A stretch of DNA of 32,000 bases from an archaeon. GTDB taxonomy: Archaea; Iainarchaeota; Iainarchaeia; Iainarchaeales; CSSED10-239. Within the stretch, counting starts at the first letter, position 1, and each line of letters opens with the position of its first letter. Below are positions 1-8,370 of the stretch, piece after piece. The position numbers were made by a program, and so were the translations under genes. Below the pieces are notes generated by a model. That model saw only the letters and a list, made by a program, of their open reading frames with translations, did not search any database and was not told where the DNA came from. The stretch lies in contig DAOOUC010000006.1 of NCBI GenBank assembly GCA_035390665.1, forward strand, positions 17,688 to 49,687. Reading direction: 5' to 3'.

Positions 1-1
1 T

Positions 2-613
2 ACAGGCACAATAACAGTAACTTCACCATCTAGTCAAACTGGCGGATTAGTAGGATATGCCGATGGTAATATCTCTAATTGTTATTCTACAGCAAATGTA
101 ATAGGGCAGGATTATGTCGGAGGATTAGTGGGTTACTATTATTTTAATACCATTTCGTCTAGTTATGCTACCGGAGATGTTAATGGAAAAAAATATGTAG
201 GTGGGTTTGCGGGCTATAATGATGGTTCAGATTCTGCTGCTGGTACTTTAAATATTTCTAATAGTTATTCTCTTGGAGATGTAACTAGAATTTCTGGTTT
301 AGATCAAAATATTGGAGGGTTTGTAGGATTTAATAAAAAAGGAGCAATTATAAATTCTTATTCTACGGGTTCAGTTTCAGGGAACAGTTGGACGCCAACA
401 GATAAAGGCTTTGTCGGGGCAATAACTACTGGTGGCAATTATGCAGACACAAATAATTTTTATGATACTACAATATCTTTACAAACTTCCACAGCAGGTA
501 ATGCTGTTGCAAAGACTACAGCACAAATGAAAACTCAAAGTACTTTCTCTGGATGGGATTTTTCAACAGTTTGGAATATTACAGAAGGAGTTACTTATCC
601 TTTCTTAAGATAA
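2..613 (+). CDS. 5'-truncated surface/adhesin-like protein with GLUG-type repeats
   Basis: Frame is open from base 2. Repeating units such as GGLVGYADGNISNCYSTANVIGQDYVGGLVGYY, SYATGDVNGKKYVGGFAGYNDGS and NIGGFVGFNKKGAIINSYSTGSVSG match the GLUG motif pattern (GGFVGxN...YSTG.V.G). Confidence 0.8.
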   Translation, partial: TGTITVTSPSSQTGGLVGYADGNISNCYSTANVIGQDYVGGLVGYYYFNTISSSYATGDVNGKKYVGGFAGYNDGSDSAAGTLNISNSYSLGDVTRISGLDQNIGGFVGFNKKGAIINSYSTGSVSGNSWTPTDKGFVGAITTGGNYADTNNFYDTTISLQTSTAGNAVAKTTAQMKTQSTFSGWDFSTVWNITEGVTYPFLR

Positions 614-679
614 TTAAAATAAACATTATTTATTGGACAAATATCAATTTATAATAATTTCTTTAACTAATCTATCTAT

Positions 680-751
680 GGGCTTCTAGTTCAATGGTAG
701 AATATCTCCTTCGCATGGAGAAGGTTGCGAGTTCGAGTCTCGCGAAGTCCA
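680..751 (+). tRNA. tRNA-Ala (anticodon CGC)
   Basis: GGGCTTC/GAAGTCC acceptor with G3:U70, anticodon stem TCTCC-TTCGCAT-GGAGA, T arm GCGAG-TTCGAGT-CTCGC, discriminator A. Confidence 0.93.
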
Positions 752-922
752 TGAGAGCCGGTTTCGGTCGTGCTAAACAAATCGCATCTGTGATTTCTTG
801 GCATCCAGAAAACTTATAGTTTTCTTGAGCTCGCGCCCAATGGTGTCGGTTCGTGCGCAATGGATTTCGCGGTTATCCGCAATGATTAATTTATATTTAT
901 TTCTCTGGTTAATTATATTAAA

Positions 923-994
923 GGGCTTCTGGCTCAACGGTAGAGCACTTCCCTAGCACGGAAGGGGTTGCGAGTTCGAATCTCGCGGAGTCCA
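923..994 (+). tRNA. tRNA-Ala-like gene with anticodon AGC
   Basis: GGGCTTC/GGAGTCC acceptor with G3:U70, D arm GCTC-AACGGTA-GAGC, anticodon arm CTTCC-CTAGCAC-GGAAG, T arm GCGAG-TTCGAAT-CTCGC. Loop reads C32 T33 A34 G35 C36 A37 C38. Confidence 0.88.
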
Positions 995-1078
995 CTTTTA
1001 AAAAAAAGATTCATTTATATTTATTTCTTTAATTATATATATTAGTAATCAAGCAATTTTTGTTTTAAATTCTTAGAT

Positions 1079-1150
1079 GGGCTCCTGGCTCAATGGTAGA
1101 GTACTTCCCTTGCACGGAAGGGGTTGCGAGTTCGAGTCTCGCGGAGTCCA
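1079..1150 (+). tRNA. tRNA-Ala (anticodon TGC)
   Basis: GGGCTCC/GGAGTCC acceptor with G3:U70, anticodon arm CTTCC-CTTGCAC-GGAAG, T arm GCGAG-TTCGAGT-CTCGC. Confidence 0.95.
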
Positions 1151-1258
1151 TGCGTTTTTCTTTCAAGAAACACGCGGAAAAGAAACTACTTATTTTGCTA
1201 TTCTATTTTTTAGATAACTTTATAAATTATATATTTCTATATTATATTGTGATAATTT

Positions 1259-1483
1259 ATGCCTGTAATTAAACCAAAGCAAGTAAAAAGGCCAGCAAAA
1301 AGAATTGCTCCTAAAACTTTAGAAAATATGAGAAAAAAAACTGCAATTATGACAGATTTAAAAAAGTTAGTAGATAATTTAGGGAAACCAAATCCGGAAT
1401 TACAAAAAAGATTGGACGAAAATGCAATAAGAAATAATAGAGTTCCAAGAAACGGACTAAAATTAAGACAATCTAAGAAGTGA
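1259..1483 (+). CDS. small basic hypothetical protein
   Basis: 74-aa Lys/Arg-rich ORF on the coding strand, directly followed by the next ORF with an AT-rich upstream region. Confidence 0.55.
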   Translation: MPVIKPKQVKRPAKRIAPKTLENMRKKTAIMTDLKKLVDNLGKPNPELQKRLDENAIRNNRVPRNGLKLRQSKK

Positions 1484-1489
1484 AAAGAT

Positions 1490-2224
1490 ATGATAGATTT
1501 TAAAAAAGCATTAACTAGTTTTTATTCTGGTATTAAATGGTATTATATTGTTTTTATATTGGCAATTGCTTGCCTTTCTTTGATTAATGATACAATGGCT
1601 ATTGTTTCTTTAATGCTAACATTGATATTTGGAATATCTATTTTTGGTTTAAAACTTACAGATAAATTAAAAACACCAAAAAAAACAGTTGTCCCAATCT
1701 TAAAAAATTCAGGAATGTTATTATTAATATCAATAATCTTCTTGATTGCTCAATATGTATTAATGATAATCGGAATGATTCCATTCTTACTAATTGCTAA
1801 AGATCCAAGTATGTTAGTTAACCCTTCTGATTTTGAAGTATTATTATATTCTACACCTGGTTGGCAATTAATTATTGCAGCAATTGTTTTATTGATATTT
1901 GTAATGGGTGCAATAATCTTAGAACTATTTAAAATATTCGGAATGACAAGATATTTTAAAACAGAAAAATTTGTAGAAATATTTGATATTAAAGATAATT
2001 TAAAACAAATATTTACTAAAGACTACTTAACAATAATTATATTTTTATTTGGAATAATATTTATAAGCATAATAAAAATATCAATTATTTTCTTTTTACT
2101 TACATTAATCCTTAATGAAACAATTTCAGGATTAATTACAAGTGCATTTTTGATAATTATTGCTTTAATTGTTATAATAATACACTATTCTTTAGTTTAT
2201 GATAAGCTTTATAATAAAAAGTAA
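1490..2224 (+). CDS. multi-pass membrane protein, unknown function
   Basis: 244 aa with several long hydrophobic segments (e.g. YYIVFILAIACLSLI, GMLLLISIIFLIAQYVLMIIGMI). Confidence 0.75.
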   Translation: MIDFKKALTSFYSGIKWYYIVFILAIACLSLINDTMAIVSLMLTLIFGISIFGLKLTDKLKTPKKTVVPILKNSGMLLLISIIFLIAQYVLMIIGMIPFLLIAKDPSMLVNPSDFEVLLYSTPGWQLIIAAIVLLIFVMGAIILELFKIFGMTRYFKTEKFVEIFDIKDNLKQIFTKDYLTIIIFLFGIIFISIIKISIIFFLLTLILNETISGLITSAFLIIIALIVIIIHYSLVYDKLYNKK

Positions 2225-2257
2225 AGCTTTTTATTCTCTTTTTCTCTTTATTTATAT

Positions 2258-2505
2258 ATAGTAGCTGGTGTTTTGGTTGTTTTGGGTTTCTAATCCAAAA
2301 AGGAAAGTCCACTCACTAGGTTAAAATTGTTTTTTGAGTAGAAAGGAACACGGCTTCTTGTCATTCAACAGATGATGTGTTAAACTGATGGACAAGAAGA
2401 GAGGCTGAAAAATTGCAAAAGACAATTCTAGTGCAAGGAAGTCAAACTTCTGCTTAGACAAATAAACCAAATTAGTACAGAAAGTGGCTTATAGCCAGTT
2501 ACTAT
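2258..2505 (+). ncRNA. rnpB: RNase P RNA (compact archaeal type)
   Basis: Conserved CR-I-like AAGGAAAGTCC and CR-V-like GTACAGAAAGTGGCTTATAG. The termini pair as P1: ATAGTAGCTGG (2258-2268) with CCAGTTACTAT (2495-2505). A perfect internal CTTCTTGTC/GACAAGAAG helix is also present. Confidence 0.9.
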
Positions 2506-3122
2506 ATTTTTTCTAATCTTTTTATAGATCTTTTTAAATTAATTCTGGCTTTTTTTTCATATTTTTTTCTATAGAAATCAGTATTATAAATATTTGATTT
2601 TTGTAAAAAGTAAAGTAATACTTTTATTCTTCCATCTTTGTATTTTTCTAACGGAACCCAATAATATTCTTTTCTAATATTATTTTCATATTTATCAAAT
2701 TCTTTTTTGGATTGCCCAAAAATACACAAGTCAATATCTTGTAATAATCTTTCTTCCTTTTTTCTAGATGTTTTCTGATGTTTTGTAGAAAGTATTAATG
2801 ATGTCGTTTTATTTATTAATTTATTAGATAATTTTGCTTTTTTTAAAACTTTTACAAGATATTTTGCAGACATTTCTTCGTTATCATTATCTTTTGTATC
2901 GTAGATTATATCGTGATACCAAATAGCAAGTTCAATTAAATCAAAATCATATTTGTCTTTAGTTTTTTTAAAATTATCTAATTCTTTTAAACACATTTTT
3001 ATATGTGATAAGTTATGATAATATCTTTTTTTGGAATAAAGTGTATTTAAATTATTAAATTCAATAATTGGATCACTTTTCGCATTAATTTGCTTCCATA
3101 ACTTAATAAATTTTGATTTCAT
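2502..3122 (-). CDS. predicted metal-dependent HD-domain phosphohydrolase
   Basis: YHNLSHI...ELAIWYHDIIYD...DNDNEEMSA pattern typical of HD superfamily proteins. Confidence 0.75.
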   Translation of the reverse strand: MKSKFIKLWKQINAKSDPIIEFNNLNTLYSKKRYYHNLSHIKMCLKELDNFKKTKDKYDFDLIELAIWYHDIIYDTKDNDNEEMSAKYLVKVLKKAKLSNKLINKTTSLILSTKHQKTSRKKEERLLQDIDLCIFGQSKKEFDKYENNIRKEYYWVPLEKYKDGRIKVLLYFLQKSNIYNTDFYRKKYEKKARINLKRSIKRLEKI

Positions 3123-4258
3123 TTTAGATTTAATTCTTTTATTATATTGTCGATTATTTTATTTAGAACTTCTTTATTTTTATTAAATTCTTCAGAATTA
3201 TCAAAAATCCACAATTTTCCGTAATTATTTTTTACTATTATTTCTTCTAAATTATTTTTCTTTTGTATATAGTCAAATTGGCTATTTAATCTTCTATCTA
3301 TCTGTTCACTAGTTAGTTTTCTAGAGAATAGTCTTTGTTTTTGAATATCTTTATCTACTTTAACAACTAATACATTATTATTACAAAGATATGTAAGATT
3401 AGATTCTGCAATTAATGCAGCATTAATTATTATGAGTCCTTTTTTACCATATATTTCTTTTCTTAATCTTACTAATATTGGAGTATACATTATTTCATTT
3501 AATTGCTTTAATTTTTCATTATTATTAAATACAATTTCTCCAAGAATTTTGCGATCTATTGTTCCATCAGATTTCTTTATATTTTCTCCAAAAGTTTTAA
3601 TTAATTGATTTCTGATTTTCTCATATTTTTCATCTTTTAATTCAGAGAGAATCTTGTGCCCCAAATGATCTAATTCAATATTGTGTGCCTCTATTCCTTT
3701 TTCTTTACATAGTTCTAAAATTTGTTCACAAACAAAAGATTTCCCACTTCCAATTTCTCCAGTTACTCCTATAATAAACTGATTAGATAATTTTCTTTCA
3801 ATCTCTTGCTTAACATTTAAAGGTACATATTCATGTACAAATCCTTGTTCTTTCTGAATTCCTTTTACTACACTTGAACTTACATGAGCAAGTTCTGGTC
3901 TTGCAAAAAGAATAAAAGTATCAATACCTAATTTTTGACTATCTCCTACTTGATGTAAAATATTTTCATAATCAAAATCAGCAGAATTTCTTACACCTTT
4001 AACTATAACATCTATGTCATTTTCGTAAGCATAATCCACTAAAAGTCCAGAAAAAGAGACTACTTTTACATTATTTAAATCAATTAAGGATTTTTTAGCA
4101 AGAGATAGTCTTTCTTCTAGAGTAAACAAATAATTCTTACTGGGATTTACTCCAATTCCAACAACGACTTTATCAAAAACTTTAGAAGCTCTCTTAATTA
4201 TGTCAATATGTCCAAAAGTAATTGGATCTCCAGAAAATGCATACATTGCTGTTGTCAT
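3119..4258 (-). CDS. bifunctional bacterial-type phosphopantetheine adenylyltransferase (CoaD-like) / dephospho-CoA kinase (CoaE-like) fusion
   Basis: N-terminus: SGDPITFGHIDIIKRA...VVVGIGVNPSKNYLFTLEERLSLA...FSGLLVDYA...VKGVRNSADFDYE. C-terminus: IIGVTGEIGSGKS P-loop followed by a CoaE-like region. Confidence 0.87.
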   Translation of the reverse strand: MTTAMYAFSGDPITFGHIDIIKRASKVFDKVVVGIGVNPSKNYLFTLEERLSLAKKSLIDLNNVKVVSFSGLLVDYAYENDIDVIVKGVRNSADFDYENILHQVGDSQKLGIDTFILFARPELAHVSSSVVKGIQKEQGFVHEYVPLNVKQEIERKLSNQFIIGVTGEIGSGKSFVCEQILELCKEKGIEAHNIELDHLGHKILSELKDEKYEKIRNQLIKTFGENIKKSDGTIDRKILGEIVFNNNEKLKQLNEIMYTPILVRLRKEIYGKKGLIIINAALIAESNLTYLCNNNVLVVKVDKDIQKQRLFSRKLTSEQIDRRLNSQFDYIQKKNNLEEIIVKNNYGKLWIFDNSEEFNKNKEVLNKIIDNIIKELNLK

Positions 4259-4314
4259 AAATATCTTATCTTATTATACATTTTATATTTGTTTTGATTG
4301 TTAATTTTTATATT

Positions 4315-5127
4315 ATGCCACTAAGAAATATTACTTTAGGCTCAAGATTAAGATCCAAAGTAAGAACAATTAGAAAGATAACAACAAAAGATAATGGAAA
4401 AGTAGCAATAACTGTTGATCCAAAAACAAAAACACGATTTTATACTAAAGTTGAAAAAAACCAATTTAATCTTCCTTCAAGAATCACACACATGACCCCT
4501 GAAGCCCATAGAATATTAAAAGAAAATCCAGAATTACCTAATTTTCTAAAACAAGAGCTTTCTCAAAAAGGTAAAAGAATAGATGCAAGATTAGAAACAA
4601 GAAATGGAATATTTATCTTAAGAGATTTTGAAAATAATGGTTTAACAAATAATGGAACATTTAGTTTATGGTATATGGATAAAAAAACAACCACAAATAA
4701 AACTTATTTTATAAAAAGATATCCGAATCTTACAAGTTGGGGTAATGCAGAAGCTGAATTTCTCGCGGTTAAAGAAATGGAAAGATTAGGATTTAATATA
4801 ATTAAACCACAATTTGCAATTACCGATATAGCAAAAACACCTAATATTATTATTTATGATTATACTAATCTATTATCTTATCCTCAAGCAGTAATAAAAA
4901 GAAAAATAAGTGGTAGTGAAATACTTAAAATAGAAGAAACTTTTACTAAATTAGTAAAATCTCCTGCATTAAAAAATCTAAATGATTTTCACACATTTAC
5001 ATATAGGGTTTCTCCTAATAAGAACGTCTTTATTAAAAGATTATCTAATGGTAAATTAAAACTATATTTTACTGATATCTATTGGGAAGAAGAAGCATAT
5101 AAAAGAAAGAGAGAAGAATATCTATGA
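4315..5127 (+). CDS. hypothetical protein
   Basis: Long ORF. The track starts at TTG 4294, but ATG 4315 (MPLRNITLGSRL...) is the more likely start. Ends overlapping the next gene. Confidence 0.65.
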   Translation: MPLRNITLGSRLRSKVRTIRKITTKDNGKVAITVDPKTKTRFYTKVEKNQFNLPSRITHMTPEAHRILKENPELPNFLKQELSQKGKRIDARLETRNGIFILRDFENNGLTNNGTFSLWYMDKKTTTNKTYFIKRYPNLTSWGNAEAEFLAVKEMERLGFNIIKPQFAITDIAKTPNIIIYDYTNLLSYPQAVIKRKISGSEILKIEETFTKLVKSPALKNLNDFHTFTYRVSPNKNVFIKRLSNGKLKLYFTDIYWEEEAYKRKREEYL

Positions 5128-5693
5128 GTGGAATATTAACTACAATTGTTGGGCCAATGTTTTCTGGTAAAACAACAGAACTTTTGCGTTTGATGGATAG
5201 AGAATTGATTGCTAAAAGAAGTTCAATTCTATTTAAACCAAATATAGATAATAGATACTCAAAAGAAGAGGTTGTTAACCATAACGGTATTGGAAGAAAA
5301 GCACTAATTGCTTGCTGTTCTAAAGATATTTTAAATAAAGTTTTAGAATTAGAAAAAACCGAAAATATAGAAAACATATTTATTGATGAAGTTCAATTTT
5401 TTGATTCAGGAATAACTGATGTTATTAAAAAAATTAATGATTTAGGAATAGACATATATACTTGTGGACTTAATCAAACCTTTAAAGGAGAACCATTCCC
5501 GTTTAAGGATGGAGAAAAAGACATAGGTTATCTTATGGCTATAAGTGATTATGTTATATCTATTGATGCTGTTTGTAATGAATGTGGAAACAAAGCCACA
5601 AAGACATATAGGAAAGGAAAGGAAGAAGAAACAGTAATTGTTGGTGGGCAAGACTTGTATCAAGCAAGATGTAAAAATTGTTGGAATAAATAA
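5124..5693 (+). CDS. tdk: thymidine kinase
   Basis: GPMFSGKTTELLR P-loop, NIFIDEVQFFD, YTCGLNQTFKGEPFP, and zinc pairs CNEC/CKNC. Confidence 0.95.
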   Translation: MSGILTTIVGPMFSGKTTELLRLMDRELIAKRSSILFKPNIDNRYSKEEVVNHNGIGRKALIACCSKDILNKVLELEKTENIENIFIDEVQFFDSGITDVIKKINDLGIDIYTCGLNQTFKGEPFPFKDGEKDIGYLMAISDYVISIDAVCNECGNKATKTYRKGKEEETVIVGGQDLYQARCKNCWNK

Positions 5694-5751
5694 TTATATT
5701 TATAAATTATTGGGACTTATAAATTTAAAACAAAAAGGAGAAAGATAAAAT

Positions 5752-6180
5752 ATGGCAGAAGAATCAATTCAATTTATAGCAAATTTTGATAAATTTGTTT
5801 CTATTAAGAAACTAACAATTGACAAAGAAGTTGGACCAAAAGAAGTTATTGAATTTCTTACAAGTGTTCAGTTTACTACATCTCAAAAAATAAAAGACTA
5901 TATTGGTAAGATAATAGATGTTAAAAGCTTTGATGAAAAAACCAAAAAACTTTATGCACTAAATCTTGGACAATTTATGGAAGAAGTTAATTCAAATGGA
6001 ACAAAGAAAATAATTAAAGAATTTATACCTGCAACAATGGAAAAGAAAGAAGAAAAAGATGCATATATTGAACTTTTAAAAGTTTACTTGATAGAAAAAT
6101 ATGCTGCAGAAAAAAAGATAGTCATCGGGGCACACCATATTGTCTTTCCAGCAAATAAAAAGTTAATGAAGAAGAAATAA
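5752..6180 (+). CDS. hypothetical protein
   Basis: 142-aa ORF preceded by AAGGAG ribosome binding site. Confidence 0.65.
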   Translation: MAEESIQFIANFDKFVSIKKLTIDKEVGPKEVIEFLTSVQFTTSQKIKDYIGKIIDVKSFDEKTKKLYALNLGQFMEEVNSNGTKKIIKEFIPATMEKKEEKDAYIELLKVYLIEKYAAEKKIVIGAHHIVFPANKKLMKKK

Positions 6181-6181
6181 A

Positions 6182-7063
6182 ATGAATTTTTCAGAAAAAT
6201 TAAAACTAAGATGGGATTTATCTCTTTTCTCTCTTGTTATAACAAATATAATTGTAATTGTTATAGCTATTATTCAGAAATGGGACTTTCCAATATTGTT
6301 TTCAGTATATATAGCACAAACTCAAATAATTGCTTTCTTTTATTTCTTTAAAATAATATTTAAAAAAAACACAATAACTTATGGATTAACAATTAATAAG
6401 AAAACAATTAATCCGACAATTACTAATAAATTAATTTTAGCATTACTTTATTATGGTGGTTTTTATCTGGTTATGAGAATTGTTTATTTTTTTGCTCAGT
6501 TCTTGAGTTTTACAATGCCAGGACTGAACCTTTCTAAAATGGCAACTGCTTTTGTGGGTATTGTTATTTTTTTTATAAATCATCTAATCTCATTTATAGT
6601 TAATTTTAAAATAGATTCAGAAAAAGAAGAAACATTAAAAGAATTAATGATTGCTCCGTATTTAAGAATTATACCAATCATTATAATTAGTTTCTTTGGT
6701 ATTTTACTTAATTTTTTATCAATTATATTTTTAATATTAAAAGCAATTGTTGATATTTATAGTCATAACTATATACATCAAATGAAAGACGACTATTTGA
6801 AATATAAGGTAAAGAATAAAACAAAAGAAAATCCAAAAACAAATTTAATAAAAATTAAATCATCAGTTGCGCCTTTTGTCAAAGGTCTAGTAATCTATTG
6901 GATAGTATCTGTTGCAATTTTTATTGTTTTATTATTTTTAATATTAGGTGCAATAGTAAATTTTTGGTTTTATATAGCCTCAGGATTATCTTTAATTGTT
7001 ACAATATTACTAATTCTTGTTTTCCTTAAACATTTTAAAAGAATCAACGAGTCAGACAAATAA
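6182..7063 (+). CDS. multi-pass membrane protein, unknown function
   Basis: 293 aa with multiple hydrophobic helices; starts right after the preceding stop. Confidence 0.7.
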   Translation: MNFSEKLKLRWDLSLFSLVITNIIVIVIAIIQKWDFPILFSVYIAQTQIIAFFYFFKIIFKKNTITYGLTINKKTINPTITNKLILALLYYGGFYLVMRIVYFFAQFLSFTMPGLNLSKMATAFVGIVIFFINHLISFIVNFKIDSEKEETLKELMIAPYLRIIPIIIISFFGILLNFLSIIFLILKAIVDIYSHNYIHQMKDDYLKYKVKNKTKENPKTNLIKIKSSVAPFVKGLVIYWIVSVAIFIVLLFLILGAIVNFWFYIASGLSLIVTILLILVFLKHFKRINESDK

Positions 7064-7141
7064 ATGGAATAAACAGTAGGTATTTATATAATTTTTCTTT
7101 CTTAATTATTATATCAAGCAATTGATTAAAAGGAAAATTAT

Positions 7142-7268
7142 CCCTCCTTAGCATAGCGGTTAGTGCGTCCGGCTGTAGACTAAAAGATTACACTCTTTTT
7201 TTGATTGTGGCAATCCACATCAAAAGGCAGTGACCGGAAGATCCCCAGTCCAAATCTGGGAGGAGGGA
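7142..7268 (+). tRNA. tRNA-Tyr (GTA) with a 54-nt intron (7179-7232) at position 37/38
   Basis: Exon 1 CCCTCCTTAGCATAGCGGTTAGTGCGTCCGGCTGTAG, exon 2 ACCGGAAGATCCCCAGTCCAAATCTGGGAGGAGGG+A. Acceptor CCCTCCT/AGGAGGG (C1:G72). BHB foldable: central helix CTGT/GCAG with bulges AG^A and TG^A. Confidence 0.93.
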
Positions 7269-7276
7269 ATCCGACT
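7263..7276 (+). repeat. left copy of 14-nt direct repeat GAGGGAATCCGACT (overlaps tRNA-Tyr 3' end)
   Basis: Identical to 8371-8384. Confidence 0.8.
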
Positions 7277-7350
7277 TCAACTAAAACCTTCTATTTAAGT
7301 TGGAGTAACATATTAACTAAATAGTGTTACCTTAAATTTTTTAATTAAAT

Positions 7351-7379
7351 AGTGTATTACTCACTAAAGTGTATTACTC
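7351..7379 (+). promoter_or_regulatory. putative operator: tandem AGTGTATTACTC copies with an inverted GAGTAATAC at 7400-7408
   Basis: AGTGTATTACTC at 7351-7362 and 7368-7379. A partial copy ATAGTGTTAC is at 7321-7330, and the inverted half at 7400-7408 lies beyond a TATA-like TTTAAATATTTT. Confidence 0.5.
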
Positions 7380-7415
7380 GATACCTTTTTAAATATTTTG
7401 AGTAATACAATTTAT

Positions 7416-8351
7416 ATGAGCTATTTATCTAAATTACAAAGAAATAATAAAACGTATTATTATCTTGTAGAGAATATTCCTGTGTCAAAAGGAAAAAGAA
7501 AGCAGATAAGAAAATATATAGGAACTGCAAAACCAACAGAGCAACAGTTATCTTTAGAATTATCAAAATTTGAAAACGAAATTAGCCCTAAGAAAAAGCA
7601 ATTGCAAGGATTTACATATTTAACTAAAGACGAAATTAAAGAAATTGATGAGATTAATTCAAATTTTTGGAAGAAATACAATACCTTAACAAAAACAGAA
7701 AAAGAAAGCTTTTGGAATAACTTCATTAGTGTTTTTGTATATAATACCAATTCAATAGAAGGTTCTACTTTAACCTTAAAAGAAGTTGAACTATTATTAT
7801 CTGAAAACATTTCTCCAAATAGACCATTAGAAGATGTATTAGAAACAAAATCTGCTAAAAGAGCAATTGATTATCTTTTAGACTATAAAGAAGATTTATC
7901 TATTGATTTAATAACCGAATTACATAAAATTTACTTTAAAGAAAGCTTTCCAGAGATTGCAGGTAAATTAAAAAGATTAAACAATAGAATAATGGGCTCA
8001 AAATTTGATACCACCCCAAAAGAATTTGTTTTAACTGACTTAAAGATATTTATTGATAATTATAATAAACTAAAAAAAGAACTACATCCAATAGAGCTTT
8101 CAGCTTGGACACATTGGGCTTTTGTTAAGATTCATCCGTTTCAAGATGGTAATGGCAGAATATCAAGATTAATAATGAACTTTGTACTTCACAAAAACAA
8201 ATATGCATTAATTGATATTAAAACCAAAGAAAAGCAAGCTTATTTTAATGCACTTGAAAGATGTAATTATACAAGCAATGGAAAACCATTAGCACAAAGA
8301 TTAGTTAGAAGATTTAAAAAACAATATCAAAATGCTTTTTCAGAACTATAA
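7416..8351 (+). CDS. Fic family protein (class II-like, N-terminal inhibitory motif)
   Basis: Fic core HPFQDGNGRISR and TNSIEGS matching the (S/T)xxxE(G/N) inhibitory motif. The track starts at TTG 7398; ATG 7416 is the more likely start. Confidence 0.92.
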   Translation: MSYLSKLQRNNKTYYYLVENIPVSKGKRKQIRKYIGTAKPTEQQLSLELSKFENEISPKKKQLQGFTYLTKDEIKEIDEINSNFWKKYNTLTKTEKESFWNNFISVFVYNTNSIEGSTLTLKEVELLLSENISPNRPLEDVLETKSAKRAIDYLLDYKEDLSIDLITELHKIYFKESFPEIAGKLKRLNNRIMGSKFDTTPKEFVLTDLKIFIDNYNKLKKELHPIELSAWTHWAFVKIHPFQDGNGRISRLIMNFVLHKNKYALIDIKTKEKQAYFNALERCNYTSNGKPLAQRLVRRFKKQYQNAFSEL

Positions 8352-8370
8352 ATCTTTTAATATCTTAGTA

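Noticed and set aside
672-860. 62-aa ORF on the minus strand
   Set aside because: It covers most of tRNA-Ala(CGC) and the structured spacer; the peptide is simply the reverse of RNA-coding sequence.
5069-5663. Minus-strand ORFs 5069-5377 and 5442-5663
   Set aside because: Both lie antisense inside the well-supported thymidine kinase gene.
7460-7810. 116-aa minus-strand ORF
   Set aside because: Antisense to the Fic gene, with no recognisable domain or independent RBS; not a convincing antitoxin.
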